Positions 36,275 through 47,069 of a DNA stretch of 64,000 bases are shown one piece after another. A program made the translations under genes and the position numbers. Under the pieces are notes generated by a model that worked only from the letters and a program-made list of their open reading frames with translations, did no database searches and had not been told where the DNA came from. This stretch comes from Muribaculaceae bacterium (GTDB taxonomy: Bacteria > Bacteroidota > Bacteroidia > Bacteroidales > Muribaculaceae), in NCBI GenBank assembly GCA_045637445.1, contig JAZTZN010000001.1, positions 6,693 to 70,692 of the forward strand, written 5' to 3'. Positions within the stretch are counted from its first letter, which is position 1. Every line of letters starts with the position of its first letter.

Positions 36275-36444
36275 GTTATGTAGCAGCATGGTCGCAAAAA
36301 GCCGAAACAGATTCTGTTATCGGATATAAATAATATTCAAGAAAAGGAAATGAAATATTGGTGTCTGATAAAAGTTTTTTTGAAAAAATTAGTACTGATT
36401 CGATTAAATATATATGTTTTATTGCACTTTTAGAATAAAGTTGT

Positions 36445-36452
36445 TATCTTTG
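36445..36452 (+). promoter_or_regulatory. -7 box (TATCTTTG) upstream of the hipBA-like operon
   Basis: TAnnTTTG match 43 nt upstream of the ATG at 36496. Confidence 0.45.
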
Positions 36453-36495
36453 CAATAAATAAGATATTGTTTGTTGTTATAGATAAAAACCAATT

Positions 36496-36813
36496 ATGAA
36501 TAATATATTATCTTTTAATATTGCAAATCCAAACGATGTTGCTATGCAAATAGCTGCAAGGGTGAAGGCTCGTCGTTTGGAGCTAAATTTGACGCAGGGA
36601 GGAATGGCATCAAGAGCAGGTGTCAAGTTTGCGACCTATCGTCGTTTTGAGCAGACGGGTGAAATCTCGCTGCGAGGGTTGCTTCAAATTGGTTTTGCAT
36701 TGAATTGTCTTGATGAGTTTAATGCACTTTTTGCTCAAAAACAGTATCAGTCACTTGAAGATGTACTGAATGAACAGAGTGTTAATCGCAAACGAGGAAA
36801 AAAGAATGAATAG
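36496..36813 (+). CDS. hipB: XRE-family helix-turn-helix antitoxin (HipB-like)
   Basis: HTH segment RVKARRLELNLTQGGMASRAGVKFATYRRFEQTGEISL. Overlaps the hipA-like start by 8 nt. Confidence 0.7.
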   Translation: MNNILSFNIANPNDVAMQIAARVKARRLELNLTQGGMASRAGVKFATYRRFEQTGEISLRGLLQIGFALNCLDEFNALFAQKQYQSLEDVLNEQSVNRKRGKKNE

Positions 36814-37903
36814 CATCAGACAGATAGAGGTTATATATGCCAATCGCGTTGTTGGTCATTTGGTACTGATCAAAGAGGGCTTGTGTGCTTTTGAATATTC
36901 TACAGAGTGGCTTACATCCGGATTTTCTATTTCTCCATTTGAACTGCCATTGCGTAGTGGTGTATTTATTGCCAAACCTAGACCTTTTGATGGTGGATTT
37001 GGAGTTTTTGATGATTGTCTGCCGGACGGATGGGGCTTGCTTATCCTTGATAGATATTTACAGCGTCAAGGCATAAATCCACGTAGTCTAACCCTTCTTG
37101 ACCGTCTCGCATTGGTTGGCTCAACGGGACGAGGAGCATTGGAATTTCGACCGGATAAGAGTGTAGTCGCCAAGCAGGATTATGCCGATTTCGAGAAATT
37201 GGCGTTAGAGGCTGAGCAGATTCTTGATAGTGATGATTATGCCGGCAAGGGTATTGAGGAGTTTCAGCATCGAGGAGGTTCGCCCGGTGGTGCTCGCCCA
37301 AAGATTTTTGCTCGCTACGAGGGTAAGGAGTGGTTGGTTAAGTTTCGTGCGAAACAAGATCCAAAGCGCATAGGTTGTGAAGAGTATAACTATTCGATAC
37401 TTGCCAAAGAGTGTGGTATCGAAATGCCCGAAACACGACTCTTTGAGGATAAGTATTTCGGTGTAGAGCGATTTGACCGTACATCAAGTGGCAAACTACA
37501 TGTAGTGAGTATAGCCGGTCTTATAGGTGCCGACTATCGTATTCCAAGTATCGACTATTCACACATCTTTCAAGTATGTGCTGCTCTCACCCATAATGTG
37601 GCAGAACTATGGAAGGTCTATCGCCTAATGGTTTTCAACTACTTGATAGAGAATAAAGATGACCACGCCAAAAATTTTGCTTTTATCTATCGGGATGGCG
37701 AATGGCACTTCTCTCCGGCATTCGACATCTTGCCGAGTGATGGCATGAATGGTTTTCATACCACATCTATTAATGACTGTATTGAGCCGACAAAAGATGA
37801 TTTGATTGCCGTTGCAGTAAAAGCAGGATTGAATAAAAAAGAGGCGGAGGAGATATTTTTATCGATGAAGTCAGACATCAAAAAAAGTCAGGTAGAGATA
37901 TAG
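36806..37903 (+). CDS. hipA: type II toxin-antitoxin HipA-family kinase toxin
   Basis: Shows the HipA N-terminal coupling domain and the kinase core, with GGARPK (P-loop-like), DDHAKNFAF (catalytic D.HAKN) and FSPAFDILP. The track start at 36770 is non-ATG, so I use the ATG at 36806 (MNSIRQIEV...). Confidence 0.8.
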   Translation: MNSIRQIEVIYANRVVGHLVLIKEGLCAFEYSTEWLTSGFSISPFELPLRSGVFIAKPRPFDGGFGVFDDCLPDGWGLLILDRYLQRQGINPRSLTLLDRLALVGSTGRGALEFRPDKSVVAKQDYADFEKLALEAEQILDSDDYAGKGIEEFQHRGGSPGGARPKIFARYEGKEWLVKFRAKQDPKRIGCEEYNYSILAKECGIEMPETRLFEDKYFGVERFDRTSSGKLHVVSIAGLIGADYRIPSIDYSHIFQVCAALTHNVAELWKVYRLMVFNYLIENKDDHAKNFAFIYRDGEWHFSPAFDILPSDGMNGFHTTSINDCIEPTKDDLIAVAVKAGLNKKEAEEIFLSMKSDIKKSQVEI

Positions 37904-37973
37904 ATAGTATTTACCGGTGTAAGCGATAGGTGTAGTCTTAATAAGCGAACCGAAGTGACGGAATAGGTATTGA

Positions 37974-39707
37974 CTAAGGGATTGTGTCGATGCTGAGCAG
38001 TCGGAGTCCGCTGAGTGAACGACCGGTGTAGATTGCTCTGTAGAACCATGCTGTGTCGCACCCGTTGGCAATAGCAGTCTCTGACAACCGGCACACGACG
38101 TTAATGCTATCGCTGCTTTCGTTTTTGAGGTTTTTTATTGTGCGTTGAAGAGCATAAACGGGGTTGACACTGCCTGTCGGCTTATGGACCGAAGGATAGC
38201 CGAAGTGAAGTAAGATTTGTCGGGCATTCAATTGCCGAGGGGAATAAAAAACGGGGAAAACACCTCGCAGTCCGGCGTTGCCTTCGATGTCGGGTAGTGA
38301 CTCAAAATCTTTTCCTTTATAGCGAGAGGGCAGAATGACTAATCTCGGCTCTTGACGTTTCATGATGTCGGCAAAGAGGTTGACGCGTGACGTTTCGCCC
38401 GGGTTGTCGATATATTGAGGTATTTCGAAGAGCCACCAAGGCATGTCTCCTTGATGCGACACGTCGGCATAGACCAATTCATTGCGTTGCGTAGCCAATT
38501 CGTTTGCTACGTTTTGTTGTTCGCAAGAAAATCGCCATTGATAGCGAGCAAGCGTGATTTGCCAGAATAACAGCAGTGTCAATCCGAGGATTGTCGTTAA
38601 ACGCAGTGCCGATGCAGAAAGTCGTTTCCGGAGGTCAAACGTTGCCGATAATATTTGCCAAGAGGCTATGCCGAATGACAGATAGGCGGCCCACAAAGCT
38701 CGTCCTCCTTGCGCGGAGGCTATCGATAGCAAGCAGGACGAAATTCCCACAACTGCCCAAAACATATTTTTCGTATAAAAAGCATTGCCCGGACGTTTGC
38801 GACGTGTTGCCGACCATAGGGCAAGCAATGCCCATAGATACATAGGCCACATTCTTACTCCAAGCGTGTAGCTGTAAAAATTGTAGGCAAGACCTTGTCG
38901 TTGACGTTCTTCGAGCAGTAGCCAAACGGCAGGGCTGCCAATGGCGACGATAGTGCCAAGTGCGAAGCAAATCGAAGGCAGTAGCGAATGAATTATTGCG
39001 ATGCGCAGTGGCTTTTCGGAATTGAAATCACGCCACAAAAGCAATAGCTGACCTACACAGAACGGTATGGAAAATCCTTCGTGCATCATAGCAGAAACAA
39101 ATCCCAAGACACACATTATCGCGACATTTTCCGTACATGGCTTTCTGATGCGTCGCTCGATGAAAAACAACACCAAAGCCGATGACCACACATAGTTGAT
39201 CATGAAATCCGAAGAAGCCAGATAATCCTCCCATGGAAGCACTATCCAGAACGTCGAGACAACGCATAGCGTAAGCAATGGGCGATGTTTCCATTCGGAG
39301 TCGATAATACGGAGCAAAGATATGAGCATCAGCAGATACGCTGCCGCGTGTGCTATGTCGATAATCCATGGCGGCAATAAATTGCTTGCCAAGGCTATCA
39401 TGTTGGCAAGGCGACCGTTTATCAGGAAATAATGGTTTTTGACGGATATGACTACATCCGTAAGCGATGAAATATTGTCGCCCTCGCAATTCCAAAAGGC
39501 TGTCGCGGCACGTCGTGAGGGTTCTGCCGCATCAGCAAAGGATTCGACGCCCTGCACGATGTGTGAGTAGGGATAGTCGTCGGCTATCTTGCCGGAACAA
39601 AGCATCCAAAGCAACATCCCGATGCCGGCTGCGACAACGACAACAACCGACAACGGCAGCGTAGCTTTCGTTTTAAAAAGATTACCTGTCGTGCCTCCCG
39701 GGCTCAT
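37974..39707 (-). CDS. polytopic integral membrane protein, possibly a GT-C-fold glycosyltransferase-like protein
   Basis: About 11-13 hydrophobic segments over the first ~400 aa, then a ~170-aa soluble C-terminal domain. The ATG overlaps the stop of the upstream methyltransferase gene (ATGA at 39704-39707). The function is a guess from topology. Confidence 0.6.
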   Translation of the reverse strand: MSPGGTTGNLFKTKATLPLSVVVVVAAGIGMLLWMLCSGKIADDYPYSHIVQGVESFADAAEPSRRAATAFWNCEGDNISSLTDVVISVKNHYFLINGRLANMIALASNLLPPWIIDIAHAAAYLLMLISLLRIIDSEWKHRPLLTLCVVSTFWIVLPWEDYLASSDFMINYVWSSALVLFFIERRIRKPCTENVAIMCVLGFVSAMMHEGFSIPFCVGQLLLLWRDFNSEKPLRIAIIHSLLPSICFALGTIVAIGSPAVWLLLEERQRQGLAYNFYSYTLGVRMWPMYLWALLALWSATRRKRPGNAFYTKNMFWAVVGISSCLLSIASAQGGRALWAAYLSFGIASWQILSATFDLRKRLSASALRLTTILGLTLLLFWQITLARYQWRFSCEQQNVANELATQRNELVYADVSHQGDMPWWLFEIPQYIDNPGETSRVNLFADIMKRQEPRLVILPSRYKGKDFESLPDIEGNAGLRGVFPVFYSPRQLNARQILLHFGYPSVHKPTGSVNPVYALQRTIKNLKNESSDSINVVCRLSETAIANGCDTAWFYRAIYTGRSLSGLRLLSIDTIP

Positions 39708-40246
39708 CGCATAAGTTTCAGAGACTCAATGAAATGCCAAATGGCAAGACCGGCAGAGACTGCTACATTCAGAGAGTGTTTTGTTCCGAACTGCGGTATT
39801 TCGATGACAGTGTCTGCCGCATCTACAACCGACTGATTTACGCCTTCAACTTCGTTTCCCACCACAATGGCATACACCTCGTCCTTTGACGGGATAAATT
39901 CATGGAGGGGCACGCTATTATGCGTCTGCTCAAGGCAGCACACCTTCACTCCGGCTTCTTGCAACTTTCTGACAGCCTCTTCTGCCGACTTCTCATAACG
40001 CCAAGCGACCGATTCTTCTGCGCCCAATGCCGTTTTGTGAATTTCCGGATGTGGTGGTGTGGCTGTGATGCCACACAAAATGATTTCATCGACCATAAAA
40101 GCATCGGAAGTTCGGAATATCGATCCTATATTGTTCATTGAGCGAACAGAATCCACCACCACCTTCACCGGCAACTTGTCGCTACGGCGATAGTCGTCGA
40201 TTGTAATTCTCGTCAACTCAATAATATTCTTCTTTCTTTTATCCAT
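39704..40246 (-). CDS. SpoU/TrmH-family RNA 2'-O-methyltransferase
   Basis: NIGSIFRTSDAF, VVGNEVEGV and the C-terminal SLNVAVSAGLAIW motif (SPOUT knot). Confidence 0.8.
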   Translation of the reverse strand: MDKRKKNIIELTRITIDDYRRSDKLPVKVVVDSVRSMNNIGSIFRTSDAFMVDEIILCGITATPPHPEIHKTALGAEESVAWRYEKSAEEAVRKLQEAGVKVCCLEQTHNSVPLHEFIPSKDEVYAIVVGNEVEGVNQSVVDAADTVIEIPQFGTKHSLNVAVSAGLAIWHFIESLKLMR

Positions 40247-40285
40247 TTCAAATTCCTCCTGAATAAAATATGGTGTAAAAAGGGG

Positions 40286-40738
40286 TTAAACGGGATTTTT
40301 ACTATCGACGATGATTGTCACCGGTCCATCGTTGATGAGCGATACTTGCATGTCAGCACCGAAGCGACCATGTCCGACTTTGCGACCGATAGTCTGCTCC
40401 ATGCGTTGGCAAAACAATTCATACATCGGCACAGCCAAATCGTGTCCTGCCGCTCCGATGTAGCTCGGACGATTGCCTTTTTTGGTGCTTGCGGCAAGGG
40501 TGAACTGGCTGACCACCATCACGTCGCCACCGACATCCATTACGCTGCGATTCATCACTCCGGCGTCGTCGTTGAAGATGCGCATCTGCGAGCATTTTTT
40601 TATAAGCCAATCGACATCGGCTTCGGTGTCGCCCGGCACAACGCCCAACAAGATGAGCAGTCCGGCTCCTATTTCCGAGATCCTTTCGCCGGCGATGTCA
40701 ACGCTTGCTCCGGCTACACGTTGTATGACAACTTTCAT
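40286..40738 (-). CDS. dtd: D-aminoacyl-tRNA deacylase
   Basis: MKVVIQRV..A.V, LILLGV, SQFTL and the C-terminal NDGPVT(I) motifs are classical Dtd signatures. Length 150 aa. Confidence 0.9.
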   Translation of the reverse strand: MKVVIQRVAGASVDIAGERISEIGAGLLILLGVVPGDTEADVDWLIKKCSQMRIFNDDAGVMNRSVMDVGGDVMVVSQFTLAASTKKGNRPSYIGAAGHDLAVPMYELFCQRMEQTIGRKVGHGRFGADMQVSLINDGPVTIIVDSKNPV

Positions 40739-41688
40739 TTCTTCTGATTTATTTGTTGTGAAAATTCAACTCCTTGAGGTGTTATTTTGATATGACATTG
40801 TGAGCCTTCAATCATCGGCATATTATGGCTGACATGCCCTACCGGGAAGTCAAAAGCCACAGGCAAATCGCCATAGCCCAGACGCTTAAGCAGAGAGTGA
40901 ATCATCGAGTGTGTCGATTCGAAATTTTTGTCGGCGCGTGTCTCTGTGAATTGACCGACAATGAGAGCTTTGATGCGTCGCAGCCCTCCGTTAAGATGAA
41001 GATTATAGAGCATACGTTCGGTGCTGTAGATTGCTTCCGAAATATCCTCAATGAAGAGTACGACATCTTCTTCCTCTTCGGGCGTCAACATGTCGAACTC
41101 CGTACCGATAAGACCTGCCAAAACAGCAAGATTTCCTCCTCTTAACTCTCCGCTTGCTTCGCCACATACATTGTAGGGGTGGGCATCCAAGTTATAGGTC
41201 AGAGAATTGTTTCCTCTCAAAATTTGCAATAGGGCATTTATGGCAACGTCGTCTTCCGGCTCGATGCTGAGGTGTTTTGCCATAGGAGCGTGGATAGAGG
41301 CAACTCTGGCTCGTCGCATCATGGCGTGAAGGGCTGAAATGTCGGAGTAGCCGATAAGCCATTTTGGATTGCGACGAAGCGTCTCAGTGTCGAAATGTTC
41401 GAGTAGGTGAACAGCTCCATAGCCACCTCTGGCGCATAAGATTGCCTTGATGTCGGCATCGGCAATGGCATCCTGCAAATCTTTCAGACGGCGTTCTGCC
41501 GACGATGCGTACGACCCGTCGGCGGGACCCAAAGTGCCGGGCATAATCCTGACTTTGTAGCCAAGCTCTTGCAGGCGACGCTCTGCCCCCAAGACGTATT
41601 CCTCCTTCACCGTTGTTGCCGGCGAGATGATAGCTATTGTGTCGCCGGGCATTAATGCCGGTGGGTAGATGATGCTTTGTTCGGTCAT
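40735..41688 (-). CDS. ldcA: LD-carboxypeptidase (peptidase S66)
   Basis: GDTIAIISPA, the nucleophile motif GYSDISAL and a C-terminal FPVGH motif. The track start at 41724 is a TTG, so I use the ATG at 41688 (MTEQSIIYPP...). Confidence 0.8.
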   Translation of the reverse strand: MTEQSIIYPPALMPGDTIAIISPATTVKEEYVLGAERRLQELGYKVRIMPGTLGPADGSYASSAERRLKDLQDAIADADIKAILCARGGYGAVHLLEHFDTETLRRNPKWLIGYSDISALHAMMRRARVASIHAPMAKHLSIEPEDDVAINALLQILRGNNSLTYNLDAHPYNVCGEASGELRGGNLAVLAGLIGTEFDMLTPEEEEDVVLFIEDISEAIYSTERMLYNLHLNGGLRRIKALIVGQFTETRADKNFESTHSMIHSLLKRLGYGDLPVAFDFPVGHVSHNMPMIEGSQCHIKITPQGVEFSQQINQKK

Positions 41689-41720
41689 TCTTGCGATTTT
41701 ATTAAGAGACCTTCTATTAA

Positions 41721-42506
41721 TCAATTGACTTGCACTTTTATGCCGGCTGCTTCAAATCGTTCGGCAATTTTGCGAAGTTCGTCGATTTCCACTTTCTTCA
41801 GATTTTCTTCAGGCGTTGAGCGGTCGATGCTGTAGAGCATAACTTCTTTCGGTGCGATTTTCTTATAGGCATCGATAAGGGCATTAATTTCGTCGTCGGT
41901 GGTATTGTCGATGACCTTGCCTTCATGCTCGCCACGAAGCATCATCGTTTGGATGATGCACTGCGAAGAGAATTTGCTCAACTGCTCGATTAATTGTTCG
42001 CTATTGAAGTCAGGCGATGTCGGCTTATCGATAAGGCGCATTGTCGGGGTGATTGCCGAGTCAAGTTTCAAAATATTGTTATCGACACGCATCAAAGCTT
42101 CAGCCACCTTCTCATCGCCGATACGAGTGGAATTTGACAACACCGACACTTTTGCATTGGGATAAAACTCATTTCTCAACGCGATGACATCATCGACAAT
42201 GCCTGCGAAATCAGGGTGCAAAGTCGGTTCGCCATTGCCTGAAAAAGTGATGACATCAAGAGAGTCGCCGGCAGCCTTCATGGCTTCGAGTTTTGCTTTC
42301 AAATCATCCCTTGTCTGTTGGCGCGAAGGCATGCCTGTCGTGCCGAAGCCCTGACGATTATATCCCGCCTCGCAATAGACACAATCAAACGAACAAATTT
42401 TTCCGTCGTTAGGCAATAAATTGACCCCTAACGACACGCCTAATCTGCGACTGCGTATAGGTCCGAATATAGTGGAATGAAACAATACTGTCTGATCTTT
42501 TCCCAT
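41721..42506 (-). CDS. radical SAM protein
   Basis: CxxxCxxC cluster motif CSFDCVYC near the N-terminus after GPIRSRRLGVSLGVNL. GNGEPTL (SAM-binding GGE-like) motif. Confidence 0.8.
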   Translation of the reverse strand: MGKDQTVLFHSTIFGPIRSRRLGVSLGVNLLPNDGKICSFDCVYCEAGYNRQGFGTTGMPSRQQTRDDLKAKLEAMKAAGDSLDVITFSGNGEPTLHPDFAGIVDDVIALRNEFYPNAKVSVLSNSTRIGDEKVAEALMRVDNNILKLDSAITPTMRLIDKPTSPDFNSEQLIEQLSKFSSQCIIQTMMLRGEHEGKVIDNTTDDEINALIDAYKKIAPKEVMLYSIDRSTPEENLKKVEIDELRKIAERFEAAGIKVQVN

Positions 42507-42544
42507 TTTGTTTTTCTTGATGAAATTAATTTTGTATTAATCGA

Positions 42545-43717
42545 TTATTTGCTGACAAATTTATGCTTGATTTTGTCGATGATTACGGCTATCGCTCCGT
42601 CGCCGGTGACGTTGGTTGCTGTCCCGAAACTATCCATTGCGATATATAGCGCAATCATCAAGGCTACTGCTGTATCGTCAAAGCCCAAAATGGATTGCAA
42701 CACGCCGATAGCTGCCATTATAGCGCCTCCCGGCACTCCCGGAGCTGCGACCATTGTGATGCCAAGCATGAAAATGAAGCCGACCATTGTCTCCATCGGT
42801 ATTTCCAAGCCGGTGATCATCGAGATAGCCAATGCGCAAGCTGTGATTTTCATCGCGCTGCCCGAAAGGTGGATTGTGGCACATAGCGGAATGACAAAAC
42901 CTGCTATCGACTCATCGACGCCGTTTTTGATAGTCTGTTTAAGTGTTACCGGAATAGTCGCTGCCGATGATTGTGTGCCTAATGCAGTGAAATAGGCTGT
43001 CATCATATTTTTTAGCATCTTCAGTGGATTTTTGCGAGCAACAATGCCGGCGATGCCAAACTGCACCAATAGCAAAACGGCAGTCATCGCGAAAATAACA
43101 ACGATGAGTTTCAAGAACACTTCGAGAACGCAAGTGATTTGGTCGCTCGCACTCATCGACATGAATATACCGAAAATGTAGAGTGGCAACAATGGAATCA
43201 CCACTCGCGTAATGGTCATGATAATGATTTCGTAAAAGTCATTGAACACTTTTTTCAGAGAGTCACCACCGACGGCTGTCAAGCCGATGCCAATGACAAA
43301 TGCAGCGATCAATGCGCTCATCACACCCATAATCGGCGGCATCTCGACTGTAAAGTAAGGCACAAAATTGCCTCCTGAATTTTCGACAGTCGATAAAGTT
43401 GCATTCTTTAGCATTTCGGGATAGAATGTCTCGCAAACTCCCCATGTGAAAAATCCACTGAAGAGGGTGAATGTGTATGCCAACGCCAAAGTGATACCCA
43501 ATAATTTGCCGGCACTTTTACCAACGTTTGCAATACCCGGGACTATCAGTCCGAGAATCAACAGCGGCACAAAAAAGCCGAGGAAGTTGCTAAACAAACC
43601 ATTAAACGTGGCAAATATACGTTGCAACCATTCAGGGAAAAACAACCCACACACAATGCCTAAAACGATGGCAATGACTATTTTTGCCAACAGACCGATT
43701 TTTATCTTACGACTCAT
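42545..43717 (-). CDS. dicarboxylate/amino acid:cation symporter (DAACS family, SstT-like)
   Basis: 390-aa polytopic protein with the family segments SSAATIPVT and AIGVLQ....D...ALMIA.... typical of sodium:dicarboxylate symporter family members. Confidence 0.75.
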   Translation of the reverse strand: MSRKIKIGLLAKIVIAIVLGIVCGLFFPEWLQRIFATFNGLFSNFLGFFVPLLILGLIVPGIANVGKSAGKLLGITLALAYTFTLFSGFFTWGVCETFYPEMLKNATLSTVENSGGNFVPYFTVEMPPIMGVMSALIAAFVIGIGLTAVGGDSLKKVFNDFYEIIIMTITRVVIPLLPLYIFGIFMSMSASDQITCVLEVFLKLIVVIFAMTAVLLLVQFGIAGIVARKNPLKMLKNMMTAYFTALGTQSSAATIPVTLKQTIKNGVDESIAGFVIPLCATIHLSGSAMKITACALAISMITGLEIPMETMVGFIFMLGITMVAAPGVPGGAIMAAIGVLQSILGFDDTAVALMIALYIAMDSFGTATNVTGDGAIAVIIDKIKHKFVSK

Positions 43718-44062
43718 CTTTATTTGATTTTCAAAAATTTATACTATAATCTGCAAATTTAGGCATAAATTGCGACATTACGGCATCGATACGACAAAAA
43801 TGTCGATTTCGAGCCTCAAGTAGTTTGGTGAGAAATGGAAATTTAGAAAAATTAGCGATGAGAGAACGATACTTTTAAACTACTATAATTATGTTCTTCA
43901 AACATTTTTATTAATTTTGCATTTGTTAGTCCATTCCTCGTGAAATGCTATTACGAATTCATATAAATTTGGGAATTAGTAGAAGTTGCCGTTAGTGGTT
44001 GAGGGAGGGACTTATAAACAATTGAATCATAAAAAGGAAATTATAACATAAACGTATAATAT

Positions 44063-45856
44063 ATGGCAAAGAACAGATTAGTGGGAGCATATCCTGTGAT
44101 TGGAATTCGTCCGACAATCGACGGACGCAGAGGGGAGCTCAAAGTCAGAGAGTCTCTTGAAGAGCAAACAATGAATATGGCACGCTCGGCAGCCAAATTG
44201 TTTGAAGAAAATTTGCGTTATAGCAATGGCGAACCGGTGAAAGTGGTTATCGCCGATACGACAATAGGCCGTGTGGGCGAAGCTGCTGCATGTGCAGAAA
44301 AATTTAAGAAAGAGGGAGTCGATATTACATTGACAGTGACACCATGCTGGTGTTATGGCGCAGAGACAATGGATATGGACCCATTGACAATAAAAGGTGT
44401 ATGGGGATTTAACGGGACAGAGCGTCCGGGAGCAGTCTATTTGGCATCAGTGTTGGCTACCCACACCCAAAAAGGACGTCCGGCATTCGGCATCTATGGT
44501 CATGACGTTCAAAATGCCGACGACAAGGAAATCCCGGAAGACGTAAAAGAGAAGCTTTTGCGTTTCGGACGTGCTGCTGTCGCTGTGGCATCGATGCGTG
44601 GCAAGTCTTATTTGCAAATCGGCTCAATCTGTATGGGTATCGGTGGCTCTATCATCGACCCTGAGTTTATCGAAGAGTATCTTGGCATGCGTGTAGAGAG
44701 TGTCGATGAGGTGGAAGTAATTCGCCGAATGGAACGAGGTATCTACGACAAAGCAGAATTTGAAAAAGCACTCGCATGGACAAAGGCAAAATGCCGTGAG
44801 GGTTTTGACAAAAATCCGGAAAGCCTTCAAAAGACACGCCAAGAGAAAGATGCCGATTGGGAATTTGTCGTTAAGATGATGGTTATTATAAAGGACCTCA
44901 TGAATGGCAACGAGAATCTTCCTGAAGGTTGCGAAGAAGAAAAGGTCGGTCACAATGCGATAGCTGCCGGCTTCCAGGGACAACGTCAATGGACCGACTT
45001 CTATCCGAACTGCGACTTCCCGGAAGCATTGCTTAACACATCGTTCGACTGGGATGGCGCTCGCGAACCATATATTTTGGCTACAGAGAATGACGTGTTG
45101 AACGGAATTGGCATGTTGTTTATGAAGTTGCTTACCAACAGAGCACAGATATTTGCCGATGTTCGCACATATTGGAGTCCTGAAGCTATCAAAAAAGCTA
45201 CAGGCTACGACATCGAAGGCAAAGCAAAAGAATCAGATGGTATTATCCACCTTATAAATTCGGGTGCGGCGTGTCTTGACGCTTGCGGCTTGGCAAAAGA
45301 TGAGCAAGGCAATGCGGTGATGAAAGAGTGGTGGAACGTCACTGAAGAAGATCAAGAGGCAATCTTGAATGCGACGACATGGAACCCTGCCGATTTAGGT
45401 TACTTCCGTGGTGGTGGCTATTCATCGCGTTTCATTACCGAAGAGCAGATGCCGGTCACAATGATACGTTTGAATCTTGTGAAAGGTCTCGGTCCTACGT
45501 TGCAAATAGCTGAAGGTTGGACTGTCAAACTCCCGGAAGAGGTGTCAGATATTCTTTGGAAACGCACCGACTATACTTGGCCTTGCACATGGTTTGCTCC
45601 ACGATGCACAGGCAAAGGCGCTTTCAAGACTGCTTACGATGTGATGAACAATTGGGGAGCCAACCATGGAGCAATCTCATACGGTCATATCGGAGCTGAC
45701 CTCATCACTCTATGTTCAATGCTTCGCATCCCTGTGTCGATGCACAATGTGGATGAAGACAAGATTTTCCGTCCGTCGGCGTGGAATGCCTTCGGAATGG
45801 ATAAAGAGGGTCAGGACTATCGTGCTTGTGCCGCATACGGTCCGATGTATAAATAA
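44063..45856 (+). CDS. fucI: L-fucose isomerase
   Basis: 597 aa. N-terminal [25 protein letters not shown], internal [10 protein letters not shown] and C-terminal [15 protein letters not shown] are typical of FucI. It heads a fucose operon. Confidence 0.9.
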   Translation: MAKNRLVGAYPVIGIRPTIDGRRGELKVRESLEEQTMNMARSAAKLFEENLRYSNGEPVKVVIADTTIGRVGEAAACAEKFKKEGVDITLTVTPCWCYGAETMDMDPLTIKGVWGFNGTERPGAVYLASVLATHTQKGRPAFGIYGHDVQNADDKEIPEDVKEKLLRFGRAAVAVASMRGKSYLQIGSICMGIGGSIIDPEFIEEYLGMRVESVDEVEVIRRMERGIYDKAEFEKALAWTKAKCREGFDKNPESLQKTRQEKDADWEFVVKMMVIIKDLMNGNENLPEGCEEEKVGHNAIAAGFQGQRQWTDFYPNCDFPEALLNTSFDWDGAREPYILATENDVLNGIGMLFMKLLTNRAQIFADVRTYWSPEAIKKATGYDIEGKAKESDGIIHLINSGAACLDACGLAKDEQGNAVMKEWWNVTEEDQEAILNATTWNPADLGYFRGGGYSSRFITEEQMPVTMIRLNLVKGLGPTLQIAEGWTVKLPEEVSDILWKRTDYTWPCTWFAPRCTGKGAFKTAYDVMNNWGANHGAISYGHIGADLITLCSMLRIPVSMHNVDEDKIFRPSAWNAFGMDKEGQDYRACAAYGPMYK

Positions 45857-45914
45857 AAAATTAAAAAACAGAAGGGGGTTGTGTTTACCACACGCCCCCT
45901 CACCTTAAAATATC

Positions 45915-47069
45915 ATGACAAGAAGATTTGTATTAAACGAAACGTCCTATTTTGGAGCAGGCTCACGCGAGGCTATCGCCGAAGAAGTGGCTCGCAAAGG
46001 ACTTAATAAAGCGCTAATCGTAACCGATAATAGCTTAGTGAAATTCGGCGTAGTGTCAAAAGTCAGCGAAGTGTTGGAAAAAGCAGGTATTCCTTTTGAG
46101 ATATTTGATGAAGTGAAGCCAAATCCGACTGTTGCAAACGTCAAAAGCGGATTGAAAGCTTACTCTGAATCCGGCGCTGATTTCATTTTGGCTATCGGTG
46201 GAGGCTCATCGATAGATACAGCGAAAGCAATCGGAATCATAACAAACAATCCGGAATATTCGGATGTCGTTTCGCTTGAAGGTGTTGCGCCGACAAAGAG
46301 ACGCTCAGTGCCTATCATCGCAGTGCCGACAACAGCCGGAACAGCCGCTGAAGTGACTATCAACTATGTGATTACCGATGAAGAAAACAAGAAGAAAATG
46401 GTTTGCATCGACCCTAACGACATTCCGGTGGTGGCAGTTGTCGATGCCGAATTGATGTATTCGTTGCCTAAAGGACTGACTGCAGCGACAGGAATGGATG
46501 CGCTTACACATGCCATCGAGGGATTGATCACCAAGGGCGCTTGGGAATTGAGCGATATGTTTGAGATTAAAGCCATAGAGATGATAGCAGAGTATTTGCC
46601 TATCGCTGTCGAAGAGCCGACAAATGCCAAAGCACGCGAAGCGATGGCTCTCGGTCAATATGTGGCGGGAATGGCATTCTCAAACGTAGGTCTTGGAGCA
46701 GTCCATGGAATGGCGCATCCGATGGGCGCAATTTTCGATATTCCTCACGGTGTGGCAAATGCAGTGTTGTTGCCGACGGTTATGGAATACAATAAGCCGG
46801 CGGCAAAAGAAAAATATGTCGAAATTGCAAAAGCGATGAAGGCTTACAAAGACGGAATGAGCATTGACGAAGCGGCAGACGCAGCCGTTGAAGCAGTCAA
46901 AGCATTGTCGATAAAGGTCGGAATTCCTCAGACGTTGACCGAATTAGGCATAACAGAAAAAGACATCGACATCTTGGCGGCATCGGCAATTGCCGATGTG
47001 TGCACACCGGGCAATCCGAGAGAAATCGATGAGGCAACAATCAAAGAACTATATAAGAAAATTCTGTAA
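45915..47069 (+). CDS. fucO: lactaldehyde reductase (iron-containing alcohol dehydrogenase family)
   Basis: GGGSSIDTAKAI and the metal-binding HxxxH region (THAIE...VHGMAHPMG). Lies within the fucose operon. Confidence 0.8.
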   Translation: MTRRFVLNETSYFGAGSREAIAEEVARKGLNKALIVTDNSLVKFGVVSKVSEVLEKAGIPFEIFDEVKPNPTVANVKSGLKAYSESGADFILAIGGGSSIDTAKAIGIITNNPEYSDVVSLEGVAPTKRRSVPIIAVPTTAGTAAEVTINYVITDEENKKKMVCIDPNDIPVVAVVDAELMYSLPKGLTAATGMDALTHAIEGLITKGAWELSDMFEIKAIEMIAEYLPIAVEEPTNAKAREAMALGQYVAGMAFSNVGLGAVHGMAHPMGAIFDIPHGVANAVLLPTVMEYNKPAAKEKYVEIAKAMKAYKDGMSIDEAADAAVEAVKALSIKVGIPQTLTELGITEKDIDILAASAIADVCTPGNPREIDEATIKELYKKIL

